The position numbers were made by a program, and so were the translations under genes. The notes under the pieces are model-generated. The model was not told the DNA's origin. It saw only the letters and a list, made by a program, of their open reading frames with translations, and ran no database searches. Shown here in pieces: positions 1-12,472 of a stretch of DNA of 64,000 nucleotides; position 1 is the stretch's first letter, and each line of letters begins with the position of its first letter. Location of the stretch: NCBI GenBank assembly GCA_030704615.1, contig CM060731.1, positions 67,704,001 to 67,768,000 of the forward strand. Direction: 5' to 3'. This stretch comes from Takakia lepidozioides. Its lineage: Eukaryota > Plantae > Bryophyta.

Positions 1-99
1 GAAAGCAATGTAGTCAATATACATATTACTGGATTGTAGTGTTAAACGTTTGTAAGCGGACTGTGAAAAATGAATTGATTGCATCAGTGCGTGTCGTTG

Positions 100-1680
100 T
101 GTGCAATGCCCAATGTGCATCCAGTGGATTTGTTCGAGCATTTGTGGATGGTAGATCGCCTTGAGCGCCTTGGAATTTCCCACTATTAAGGACTCCCTTG
201 AATATGTGTACAAGTAAGATCCTGGGCCGCAGTAGAATGTATTCCTGGATCGTTCAATATGTCAAGGTCGATTTTACAGGCCATCAAACAACGAGTTACA
301 AGCGTTCGCCATACATTGCATGTACTATATTGTGGGTACTACAGTATCCATACTTTATCGACTTAATGTCAAACTGATAGATTAAGATCGACGATATGAG
401 CTTAGGACTCTGAAAGCTCATCTGGGTTGATCTAGGCGAGTGCATGGGTCCAAAACACTGAAGTGACACTAGCTGCATCTGTTCATTTGTGGGAAACAGA
501 TTTTGGACAGACGATAGCATCGGGTTTACCATTCACACAGATTTGAAGGACTTGGATGACACTAGCATGGGATTCCGTCTGCTCCGCCTTCATGGCTTTG
601 ATGTGTCCACCGGTAAGTAAGCATCCTTCGGTCTCCTTTTGTCGTCCTTAGTGCTAACTATCTCTAGGCGTGCAATCTTGCCACTGTATCAAAGGTTACT
701 AGCGGAGTGATAAAATTTTGAGTCAAGACTCTGTCACCTATGCGTACAACTTCTATCGAGCCTCACAAACACTGTTCCCCGGAGAAACTATCCTAGGGGA
801 TTGCACTTGGACTTAGATGACACTCGAGTCTTGGGCCAACGGCACGCGCTAGGGTAGAACACCCTATCACCTGGAAGAGCAGTCGCAAGAACACATCTGC
901 AGGACAAGTCGCTCGACTCAAGTGGTTGTTTGTGTCACTTTCGCTTGAGTAATACTCTTACATATTGACATAGACTGATTAAGCTCATCATTTTTTCATG
1001 CAGTGGACGAGGTGGATCATATCACGGCTTACTGAGGCCGAGTGGGTTGAGTCAAGTTATACGCCGACTCTTGACGAGTACATGGAGATAAAAAATTCAC
1101 CCTCTACTGCATTGGAGCTAGGTCTGGGGTGCTCATTTTTTTTGCAGGCGAGACGCTAACTGATAAATTGATGGCGACTACCATAATTTGATGCGGTGCG
1201 TCAACCAAATCGGTGGCCTTCTCGAGGATCTCGAAGAACTCAAGGTTTGTAGTGCTATCATAATATGGAATCTGACCTAGTTGATTGATATTTCAATTTA
1301 ATCTATTCCCGAGTTGGATCCGTTAAATCCAATTGGAAAGGAATGTAGAACTGAGGATCGATGGACATGTTTGAACTTTATGCAGAGGGGATCAAGTCAA
1401 GCAAATAGGAAGAAGTCATTTGTGAGGCTCGGCTACATGAAGGAGCATCCTGAATCCACCGAGGACGAGGTTACCGCCTACATACTTAAGGTGGTTGACA
1501 GCAACATGCAAAAGTTAGTGTGGGAGTTCCTCCACCCATCCGTGGTCCCTAGAGTCTGCAAGAATATGCATTTCAACGTTGTGCGCATGATGCACGTAGT
1601 CTTTAAAAAAAATAGACGGTTTCGCAACACTCACAGAGCTCTCGCCTTACTTGAAAAAAATTCTACATGAGCCAGCGTCA
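100..1680 (+). pseudogene. Diterpene synthase (CPS/KS-like) pseudogene, copy 1
   Basis: Exon remnants translate to PVDLFEHLWMVDRLERLGISH (~121-183), KDLDDTSMGFRLLRLHGFDVS (class II DxDD motif, ~546-612), YNFYRASQTLFPGE (~745-786), WTRWIISRLTEAEWVESSYTPTLDEYME (~1004-1087) and GYMKEHPESTEDEV...CKNMHFNVVRMMH. Frameshifts, missing central exons and a repeat insertion are visible. Confidence 0.85.
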
Positions 1681-1913
1681 TAGAAAGGACCTGTGGTGCA
1701 CCCCCTTAACTTATAATCAGCAGGGGGCACCGGCATAATAACCAGATCCCAAGCTGAATTATGGTTTATCATAACCATATAATAACTTATAATATGGCTA
1801 TCTACATCTGGGCTGCACCTGTGATTCATAATAACTAGGGTAGCCTGTGCCGTTGGCCCAAGTGTCCAATGCTATCTAAGCCCAAGTGCAATTTCCTATG
1901 TATCCAAACAACC

Positions 1914-2066
1914 AGCATGTAGCCCAGTGGTAATGGGCACATACCACGTTGGATGTGGTTGTGGGTTCAAACCTGGTGTGTCATGAAGGTGACCACCTTT
2001 CAGCTGGAAGCTAGTAGCCCTTGTGGTGAAGTGACACCATAACTTACGCTCCCTTCGGACGCGTCA
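1914..2066 (+). mobile_element. tRNA-derived SINE-like element
   Basis: Pol III A-box-like TAGCCCAGTGG and B-box GGTTCAAACC. The 3' body (gtagcccttg...acaccataacttacgctcccttc...gcgtc) recurs inverted at ~29607-29670 next to an (AT)n tract. Confidence 0.55.
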
Positions 2067-2639
2067 AACTTTTTCCTATGTATCCAGGTGCGTCTCCTAT
2101 GTAAAGGCCCAAGTGCGACCTCTAGGGTAGCATGTGCCGTTGGCCTATGCCCAGTGTCATCTAAGCCCAAGTGTAAGATCTCCTATGTATCTATGTATCC
2201 CAATGTGTCTCCTATGTCGAGGCCCAACTGTGACCTCTAGGCCGGGTGGCATGTGTCGTTGGGCCATGTGTGAAGAATTGTGAGGGATGCTAAGGAAAAC
2301 TTCATCACTCACTCTCATCGTTCTCTGACTCACTACTACTAGTATCAGGCTGTCGCGCCGCATGAGCTTGCTTATCCCCGAAGTCGGAAATGGAATCACC
2401 GTCTGACTCCTCCGATGAGGAGCCCGAGGTACGGGCCTGCTGATCAACTACCGTAGTGTCAACCTGTGACTCCCCATCGTCCATCGTACCCTCCTTGGTC
2501 AACAACTCGTCAAATGTCATGGCAACCAGGAGCCTACCCCAACCATGGTCCTTGGTGTACCCCAATTCTATCTTCGAGGGCTTCCTCCCAAAGCGTTTTA
2601 CCTACACATGACATACAAATTGCCATGAGTGAGTATCTC

Positions 2640-2706
2640 AAAGAGAATGAGAGAAAGAGAAAAAGAGAGAGAGAGAGAGAGAGAGAGAAAGAAAGACGCT
2701 AGAGAA
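2640..2706. repeat. (GA)n microsatellite
   Basis: Directly visible GA repeat tract. Confidence 0.9.
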
Positions 2707-4311
2707 AGATGAACTTTGAAATCTTAGATAAGTACATATGACCTACAAAACGAGTGACGAAAGACTTGGCTCCCCCGAGGCCACATCTATGCTGGAGTTG
2801 ATTTCTCTAGCCATGCTGTTGCAGACTCACGGTTGAGACTTGCACCGAAGAAACGGTTCGACGACATATCGATGGTGTTCGTCAATACAGTTTGTGATGA
2901 TGACTCTGTTGTCTTCGAGGCAAAGGACTACTCCAATATCCTGGATGCTTTTGTGGCTCGGAAGCTCATGTCCAGTGCTTTTGTGTTTTTCTTCACACAA
3001 AAGGCCCATCTAAGCCCAAGCACAATCTTCTATGTATCCGAGTGCATCTCCCATGTAGAGGCCCAAGTATCCAGTATAATCTAAGCCCAAGTGCAATCTC
3101 CTATGTATCCAAAGGCGTCTCCTATGTGCGTCTCCTATCTCCTATCTCCTATCTCAAGGCCCAATTTTTGTTTTTCATGAATTTATTGAATAGTAATATC
3201 CAATCATTATTGATATATCTCCCGTCTCTAGGGTAGCCTATGTCATTGACCCCAAGTGTCCAATGTCATCTAAGTCCAAATGCATTTTTTTTCCACATAG
3301 CCTACAACCAGATTTGAACCGGAGACCTTTCCCTTGATATCTCTCCTGTCGAGGCTCCAACCATTGTCCAGGAATGCCCACTTTGCAATTTTTCCTGAAT
3401 TTCCAACGACCCAAAGTACTTGAAATTCCACATCTCCCACACCGCAGGTCCAAAAATTATGAGACCAAGCCCGTGCACCCCTCCTCATCCCTCCTCGTCG
3501 AGGGCTTTCCAACGGGACCAAGCACCAGTGCTGGGGCCTCGCGGTTTGGGACATCTCAATGCTACAAAACAAAATAAAACAAAACAAACAAACAAATTGG
3601 CTTTCTTCATATGTTGACTATGGTAACCTCTGCCGGTTGCCCAAGTGTCCAGTGTTGTCTAAGTCCAAGTGCATCAACGCTCTGCCACAAAATTTGTTGG
3701 ACATTCTAAATCCACTTCACCAGTGAGGCTTGAGCATGGCAACTTGCAAGTAATAGAGGCCCCGGAGTGAAATGCGCCCGGGCTCGGCACGCCTACATGA
3801 CCCGCCGCCCACCCGCAGCCGCGCCCCCCTATTAGCAGTAAGTAGTTACGTTGATTCGTAACTAGTTGCTACCTACCCGTCGCCCGACGATGACGCCTCT
3901 GAGTTTTGGGGCATGGTCGTAATGAGAGTGCATGGGGCGGAGGCGACGGTGACCTAGCACTACATTTAGACCCTCCGTATTGCTGTGTTTGTTTTATTTA
4001 TTTTGATATATAATCAATAAACCATTAAATGGTGATAAGCCTTGATGATGTAGCTTGGTGATGGTGCTACCCTGGAGATTGTGCGACCAATCCTACATAG
4101 GATGGGGTTGGTGTTGAGCACGGCTATCATTACCTTCATGGAGGTAGCACTCCGCTTTTCTTCCGGCCTTACCATTCGGATCGCCTTCCCATCCTGCTTA
4201 TGGGCTCTATTAGAAGAGTCATGTAGAAGATTATACTAACTAATTATTAAAACATTGACTAATGATTGCCCAATTAGCTATGTTACGTTATAACCATATG
4301 TATTTTTCTAT

Positions 4312-4440
4312 AGGTTATGGGCCCTCCGTACGTTGGTGCTACGTAGAGTGGATGGATAAGGATTTTGGAAAAGTTGAGCGGTTCTCCCGAGAGAATTTTC
4401 ACCTTTGGAAGTTTCAGATGAGAGCAGTCTTAGAGCACCT
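4312..4440 (+). mobile_element. Ty1/copia 5' remnant (PBS-like motif and gag start)
   Basis: GGTTATGGGCCC followed by MDKDFGKVERFSRENFHLWKFQMRAVLE, a typical copia gag N-terminus (F..ENFHLWKF.M). Confidence 0.65.
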
Positions 4441-7017
4441 CTCCTTACTTCCTTATCACTCACTTCAACAGTCTATAGTTCCTTGACCTTCAAAATTTCC
4501 CCCAATTCCTCCTAAATTACCCAAGTAATTGGACACTTGGGCCACCGGCACAAGCTATCCTATAGGTCACATTTGGGCCTCGACATAGGAGACACACTTT
4601 GATATATAGGGGAGTGCACTTGGAGATATCAAAGAAAAGGTCTCCGGTTCAAATCTGGAGGTAGACTCTACGGAAAAAAAAATGATTAGATATGGATTTG
4701 CAAATCACGCTGTCGGTCCACTTTTAAACTTGAAAGTGTTGGCCCCACCTTAATTTTATGTTATACCACGCAAGTAGTTATGACAGTGTTCATTGAAGCC
4801 CTAAAATTACAAGCTGGGGACATTCTGATTTCGTCCTTTCAATGCAGCCAGGGACGTCGCAAAGTCGAAACGCGCTGATTTGCGGTTCCGGCAACGATGG
4901 CCCAAAGGCCGGGAGGTGCATCCGCGGCGGTGGCAAAGTCATGCTCACCACCCCAGTCGGAAAAACTAAAAACCTGCTCGATATTTTGCTTTGTATTTTT
5001 TAGGGCGTATTGAGGCACAACTTCCCGGGAGCATGGGGATTCGTGGAACACATTCACGTCCCTTCGATGAGATGACATCTAGGGTTGATGTGGAGGTAGC
5101 TAGTCAGAGGGTGGCACCACATGGGTAGATTTTACGAATTGGAAAGTTTCTGGCCGAGGGCGGGGACATTTAGTTGAATTGAAGATACTAGATGCTAAGT
5201 ACTCGCAGGTACGATTCCAAGACACTATGGACGTAATTCAGGCACCATTTTGGATTCAACAATCCATGCGCTGAGGAGGTGTTCACCGATGAATCACAAC
5301 CTGCATTGATGATTCTGACGAGAATGTTATGGGACGGACTTCCAGAGCACCGTTTAAATGCCGTGATCCGCTTGCATTGATAGTGTCTCGCATAACCGAA
5401 GGAATGGTTGGAGAGGATGGCAGTGCCTTGCTTGTGGGTTGCTAGGTAGGTCTACTGTAGTTCGATCATGAGTAAGTAGGACCTGGTGCTGCTGTGGATT
5501 TTGTTTCTCAAACGCGTACAACAAGTCCTTCAAGAGTATGTGCGCGATTACTGCCGTGCAAGATCGGCCTCTACTACGGCTCGGTGTTGCTCATCCGCTG
5601 GTGAGTTTTGTGAGGGAGAGAGAAAAGAGGGGTGCAGGTGTGTAAAAGTTGGATCTTATAAACGAGTTTTCAGTCTCCTAATCCTGGAGGGGCATGGGGC
5701 AATACTGACGAGCTGTACATGCCTTGTCATGATTAGTGGCTCTAGAGAAAAGTACTGAAGGATCATCTACCTATGAACTCCTGCTTCCGAAGATGCTTCT
5801 CATGATTCTCTTCTGTATACCCCGACGATAAAAAAAAACTTATCTTGAAGTTATCGGCTAGTTCCAGATGTAGGATGGACCATTTTAGACCTGGATGCTA
5901 GATCACAAGAGGAGGGGTATTAATGAAACCTCGGACAAAAGGAAGCTTATGATGCATAGCCGATTATCTTCTATCATACACATAGTTGTGGTGTAACCTG
6001 GATATCGGCACGCACTGTAGAATGGACCATTTTGATTTCCGTCCCTTTGTTCGAAATGCACTCATTGCAGTCGTGTGATCCAGCATCCAGGAAAGTGAGT
6101 CCCGTTGAGACATTCATGATCTCTAGCGAATTGTATAATGTTCACCTGGTAAATTGCAGGTGCGATAGTCCTCGTCACTTCGTCTTGAGCTTGAGCTTGC
6201 AAGGTTATAGAGTGTTTTGCGGTCAAGAAACCTGTCTATCAAGATATTGGGTTCTGGGCTAACAGTCAACTTCTTCCACAATATCTTCCGTATCAGCACT
6301 AGGGAGGGCGGGTCGATACCATTGTAAAAGCGTGGATCTGTCTATACAATTCACAGCGATGGCTGGTTTACGTTTGAGTGGCTTCATTGGCCAATCTTTG
6401 AGGCCGACCAATAGACCATTTCACGCATTTCAAGATAGAATGCACACCCCCATTTTACAGATCAGAATGGAGGCAGCTCGTGATCAGCAGCTCATGGGCT
6501 CTAATGCAAGTACGTGCAGATCCTCTCTATTTTCTTACTCTTGTTCCGGTGTAGGACCCCCGAATTTTATGACTGTCATACAAGCATTGCAAGCCTAATA
6601 TTTTTTGTCGAAGTAGCGTAGGGTTTGATATCGGTGGTGAGGATTTCCATATCGGTCAGCCAATATGTAGAATTACTCTCCAAAGCTTGCATCAGTATCG
6701 GAAAAACGTTCTGCCAACACAAAGATTCACTAGTATAAGCAGTTTTCTGAACAAATCTAGCAGAGGTCCAGCTCCACTATTAGACTCGCCTAAGTGAACA
6801 TATGCGGATGAGCTATGAGGCCAGAGTAGTGTTCCATGGCTGAATATGTTAGGTGCAACTGCAATGACTTGCTTCAATTTGATCCAAGGTCACAGCTATA
6901 CAGGTCATGCGCTAGTATTCATCACCTGGTTGGAAGTCATTGGGATCAGGGTACATGTTCACTTGGTTTTTATTGCTTCATGATTTAGAGTACAGCTGAA
7001 ATAGGCTACAGATCTGG

Positions 7018-8028
7018 ATGGTTGATGACCAATGGACTGCACATGGGCCTATTTTGTTGGCACCCATATCTACAGCTTTGACAGTTTGCGCCAACGGGGT
7101 AGTACATGAGTTGAAACAAGTATCTACTCTCGTGGACCCATCGAAGGATTATTATAGCGAGAAACCCTTAAGTCATACTATAATCGAGGTAAGTCCTGGG
7201 GACTGCCCAGAGAGATTTTAGGGGTCTTGTTACATGTACAGTGGAGGTATCTTTAGAATGTTGTAACCTTCATTCAGTACATCTCAGCCGTAAGAACGGA
7301 GTAGAAATGTCACATTAAATAATGTTAAATTATTGCTCGTTCAAGTTAGAAGCTCTAGGACATGTGAAGTTATCAATTGGATAGAGCCTAGTCTATCGCA
7401 TTTATCTCACGATGTCTTTAATGTTTATGTGCAGACTCCTGGAAAGGCAAAAAGGATGACTGAATGGATTGAGATAGTGAGGGGTATGTTCCACTCCATG
7501 ACCGTAGCTCTTACGATAAGCGAAATGCAAACAACAACCTTCAATGCATGTATGCATCAAATATGTAATTCAATAATTACATGTACGTGCAACCCATGCT
7601 GTATCATAAGGGGAATTGGATGGCTCTGGAGGACCAGAGTTCCCCCGGTCTCTGCAATGGATTATTGATAACCAACTCCCGAACGGTGACTGGGGAGACC
7701 CCGACCACTTCTTGGGGTTTGATCGTGCCAGCAACACTCTTGCGTGTGTGATTGCCTTGAGAACCTGGGGAAGTACGGGTGCGAGTGTGGAGAGAGGTGA
7801 TAAGAACTCTTACAACCCTAAGATATTGTTTTCCAAGGTGCGTGTTTGGTCATGGCTGTTCGAGCGAGCGTTATTGAACATTAGGAGCATGGAACGCTTG
7901 CTCGACTTGATTGTTTGTATCACTTTTCAATCAACGCTTGAGTAGTACGAGTTCTTACATATTGATATAGAACTGATTATGCTCATCACTTTTTCTTGCA
8001 GTGGACTAGGTGGATCGCATCACTCACA
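7018..8028 (+). pseudogene. Diterpene synthase pseudogene, copy 2 (internally deleted, 3' truncated)
   Basis: N-terminal exons include DGSGGPEFPRSLQWIIDNQLPNGDWGD...DRASNTLACVIALRTW (QxxxGxWG motif). The sequence then jumps to an intron/exon (WTRWIASLT) paralogous to 940-1030 and is fused to transposon DNA at ~8029. Confidence 0.85.
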
Positions 8029-9164
8029 GGGTTGTTCCGACCTTATCATAGTGGGGAGTCGAAGGACCACAAGTTTTGGTTCTGCCCAGACGATATGGCA
8101 CGATGCATCAAGGGAACAGTTCGTCCTTCGGTGATAATGAAACCCCCTCCCCCTGCAATTTGGCCTGTGAAACTTGGGGACGTCGCTGTCAACAACCGAG
8201 ATAAGCATGCTGGAGGAAGGAGGGTTTTGTCTTGCACGATCCCGAGTGGTGCCCTTGTGCACTGTCGGCACAGATGTGCCACAAGCTCCGGCAATGCCTC
8301 CACCCGGTGCCGACTCCCACCCAACAAAAAGAGATGGAAAAACAGTGCGCCGTGTCGCTTCGGGTGCAGATCACGAATGCAAGATGGAATCGGCTAGAAT
8401 TTTGCAGGCTCGGGTGGCTCGTATCACCGAAGTCCCTGCCTCGGGGTATGGACGGATTTACACAGTGCTGTCTATTGGCTCAGTTCTTCATGGCAAAGAA
8501 TATCAGGTTACCGTGGGGAATTCCCTACTTGCACTTGTCCGGATTTTGTAACGATGCGTGAGGGCGCTCTCGGCATGAGAGGGAAGTGGGTCCCCTGCAA
8601 GCATCAATATTACATATACCTTGTAATTATGTGTTGCGACGGTAAGAGAGACCAATTCATTCACCAAGCCACACTAGGCTACGGAGAAGTCATCACCCTT
8701 CTGCAGCGGGACACCTCACGTAGGGCTCCGCCAAATTCTCTTTGAACACATACGAGCCATGCCCGCTTCCCACACTGGTTTCTAGGTTACCGTGTGAAGA
8801 CTTTGCATTTAGGACAAACACATACATTTCGTTCACGGAACCAGGGCAAATGCACATGCCATTCATTGTAAGCGTCTATCTATGAATTGAAATAAAGTGT
8901 GTCAATCATTCTGAGCTCAATTCTGCCATATTTTCATATTCCTCTTTTTGTGCAGGCATTGCAGACATGGTGCATGGTGGCCCCCTTTGTTTTGTCCACG
9001 GTAATAGGCCCTCTTCTTGCAATCCTCGCCTATAGGACCTGCTTCTCCAGCAGATTTGTGCCGCTCACGCTTCTTTGAAGCGTGAGCTCATCTCACGCTT
9101 TGCAGCTACAACGTGAACTCAGCTCCCAGGCTCACGGGGCTGGGCTCACGCCGTAGCTACGGTG
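8029..9164 (+). mobile_element. Right-end fragment of the ParB-MTase/SWIM transposon (second copy)
   Basis: Near-identical to 21580-22713, including the SWIM-finger coding part and the terminal ...GCTCACGCCGTAGCTACG(G/C)TG. Confidence 0.95.
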
Positions 9165-10969
9165 CACTGGATCCAGCAGGACTTGAGGGTGCGACCCCAT
9201 GAAAGCAGAGCAAATACGGTGTTAATGCCAGCAGCCCCTTACGTCTTGAGTGCAGAGGAGCATAAATCATTCTTGAAGACTCTGTCATCGTTGAAGGTGC
9301 CCACCGGGTATGCATCTACTTACAAAAAACACGTGGAGGATGGAAAGTTGACGTATTTGAAGAGTGATGATTATCACACACTAATGCAACAAATCCTTCC
9401 GTTGTGTCTACGTGGTTTGATGGAACCTGGTCCACGACGTGCCATAATGCGAGTGTCAAGAGTTTTCAGGAAACTTTGTTGCAAGGTTGTAGATCCTGCA
9501 GATATGCACTCTCTACGTGAAGAGGTTGTCATCACGTTGTGTCTCCTAGAAAAAGAGTTTCCACCTTTGTTCTTTGATGTCATGACTCACCTGCTGGTAC
9601 ACTTGGTTGACGAGTTGGCTATCCGTGGACCTGTAAACACGAGGTGGATGTATCCGGTGGAGAGGGCAATGAAATACCTCAAGGGATATGTTCGTAATAA
9701 GGCAAAACCTTAAGGCTCCATGGCAGAAGGGTATGTGTTGGATGAGGCACTAGGCAGATTTCCCCGCAACCAGGAGGCGAATTTGGGATGCCGATGAGGA
9801 CGAGGGAGTGGAGGGAGTGGTTGGGGAGGTCCTCAAAGGCGCTGGCAGAATTCGCAAATTGGATGTGGATTTGCGCAGTCTAATTCACTATTATGTCATT
9901 AACAACCACACGAGCATAGCTCCTTGGATTGAGTGAGTACTGTTCCTTAGCACTTTCTGGCAAGTTTGCATGTGTATGAATTTCATTTCATGGTGGACAG
10001 TGACAGTCAATTTACAATTCCTGTGCTCTCGATTGCAGGAAGTATGAAAAAGCCCAAGCAGATGTGGAATCAGGTCGGTCTGCTTTTTGGGGAGAGGTAC
10101 TTGGCAACGTGGAGCCTGGTCACAACATTGAGAACACAGAATATCCTGCGCATTTGCAATTACTGCCTCATTTTCAATCTTGGTTGGCTCAGGCTGTAGA
10201 AGATGATGTGACTGCAGGAATGAGGGATGATGAGGCGCTCTTGGAGGAAGTGATTGATCTGTCAAGACCCCCGTCTGTGAATGCAGTGTCATTCAAGGGA
10301 CTGAGTGCGTATGGGAACCACTACATGGCCAGCACAGTCCGATCTAACCAGTTGGTCACATATGACAGTGGGGTGAGTTCTATGTTTGAACATGAGGACT
10401 GTCAAGTGCGCTATGTGGGCATTGTGAAGGAAATATTACAAGTGGAGTATGACAAAACTAAAGTTGTCATGTTCATTTGTGGGTGGGTTTGTGCAAAAAC
10501 TGTGGGGAGGAATGCCTCCATGAAGAAGGATGAGTTTGGGTTTACCCTAGTTAATTTCAAACACATGTTACCGGCTAATGATCAACCCTGCTTGTTTCCA
10601 TCACAAGCTGAACAGGTTTTTTTTTCAGATTGTGTGCAAGAAAAAGGATGGAAGGTTGTGTTGGAGAAGAATCCACGATCGCTGAGAGTGGTGCATGATG
10701 TGTCAACATCACTATCGGACAATACAGATAGCAGTGGCATGTCAGCTCCCATTCGGCTCATTGATGATGTTCGAATTGGTGGGCAACCATGTACTCGCCC
10801 TCGCCCTGTCCTTGCAGTAGAGGTCACTGAAAAAGCCATGGAAGCTCTGTTCAAGACCCCCATTGGGAATACAAAGGTGCCTGCACAAGAAAATGATGAA
10901 GCAAACTGTGAGGAACATTCAACTTCAAGCAGTGAGGATGAAGACAATCTACCTGATATAGACTTGTAG
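9165..10969 (+). pseudogene. CACTA transposase C-terminal part (DUF4218/DUF4216-like regions)
   Basis: KVPTGYAS...LKSDDYHTLMQQILP...FFDVMTHLLVHLVDE...GPVNTRWMYPVER...KGYVRNKAKP*GSMAEGY, then DSGV...YVGIVKEI...DQPCLFPSQAEQVFF. An in-frame stop occurs at 9711-9713. Confidence 0.9.
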
Positions 10970-12472
10970 TTAGTTGGCGCCCTTGATGGTTGTGGTCTCC
11001 AAGCTCTCTCAGCTTTGCTTCATAGATGTTTCTCTGCATGCAAGTGAATCCTTATGTGAAGGTAAGTCCCTGTTGGCATAAGCTCGTGTTTAATTGTCGT
11101 CTTGGTATTTGGAGCCGCCAATTCGATTGGGGATATTTTACCTTCTGGCAGATAGTGGCCTGTCATACTGGGGGGGAAATTGAGCAGCAGCTGCTGGACT
11201 GTACAACACTTGAAACTGTACTTTTGACTCGGACCTATCTGGTTGGCCATTCAGTGACTTGCAGATATTATCCTTCTGTGCAATCTCGTTTCCCCATTTG
11301 CTATTGCTTTGTGGTTTTGCGATTAAAAATTCAATTAGGAGAATGGTTGCCAATTATTCCTCACACATGGTTATTCTCAGTGTTCAATGCTCCGTGATCT
11401 GGTCGGACTACTGACAATCATATTCTATCAGCAGTGTTTGTGCCATCTATATTTCGAGTTCATTTATTTTGTTCAATATACATGTACACAGTCCTGATAC
11501 ACTAGCAACAATAGAATTTGTTTTTCCTCCTTGACTTGGAGTGGCGTAGCTCGCTACACTCCCGCTTTTCAGCGTTTTGAGCGTGCGTAGAGAATGAATA
11601 CATATGCAATGGAATTCAACCGACATTAATTAATACCCTGTGAGAGAAATCAGAATGAAGATGGTAGACTTGCACTATGCTTGAATGGAGGGGAAAAACT
11701 CCACCAAGGAGAAAAATAAAGACTTTGGACTATGCGTCGAGTGATTGGCCAGCCAAAAAAGCCTTACCATGAGACTCAGATCGAAGAAGCAAAGTGGTCA
11801 GCCTCCCTCTATAAGTGGCATTTCCTCAGTAGCATAGACTCTGACGATTGGGCTTCCCAATAGGACAGGCGGCATCAAACAACGATAAATAGACGAGCTC
11901 TGCTGAGCCGTGAAATTTCCACGATTGATCTAACGTTTCATAGTGCAGATCAATTGGGGCAGTCGATGACATTGATCATCGACGGCTTAAAAAACCATTG
12001 TAATCTGATTATGTAAGCTAACGCTCTGTGGTATGCATACAAGAATATTCTTCCGCCTGCTCTAAATTCCACATTCCTTGGCAGCAGATTATGCCACATC
12101 GCTTCAATTATCCAATGTGTTTTTGTTTTTCTGCATTTATACTAAATAATATCTATCATTAATTGGGACACCAAATAAGAGTCACCGCGACATTATCCAT
12201 AGTCAACAACGTTTGACCACGCTCCAAAATCTCTAGAGTCAGCTTCGTTACCCTTTAAAGGCATACGTGTGACTTATAATCACTACTCTTCTTTGGTCAA
12301 ACCACGTTGACTTGAATTCCAAACTTTATGGAGTCGTTTAGTCATATACCCGACCTTTTTTAGGCATATCCATGACTTCTTTGTGCCTGTCCCACTTTGA
12401 GTCATGGTTTGAGTCATGAAAACCATGACTCTCCAAAAAAGAGAGTAAAAAAAACCATGATTTGGCGTAGTG
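9165..12472 (+). mobile_element. CACTA element B, right half
   Basis: TnpD-like transposase remnant, subterminal GAGTCATG/CATGACTC motifs, and a terminus ...TTTGGCGTAGTG followed by TSD TAG (12473-12475). Confidence 0.85.

Larger units (their letters stand above)
1836..3680. repeat. Cluster of a dispersed repeat module (tagggtagcctgtgccgttggcccaagtgtccaatgtcatctaagcccaagtgcaatctcctatgtatcc)
   Basis: The same module recurs at ~790-860 (inverted), 1836-1910, 2070-2265, 3000-3300, 3620-3680, 4530-4680 (inverted), 29686-29780 and 30300-30500 (inverted). Segment 3380-3590 matches 30110-30300 in reverse complement. Confidence 0.75.

Noticed and set aside
1914-1985. Functional tRNA gene
   Set aside because: A and B boxes are present but there is no convincing cloverleaf, and the 3' body is repeated elsewhere, so it is treated as a SINE.
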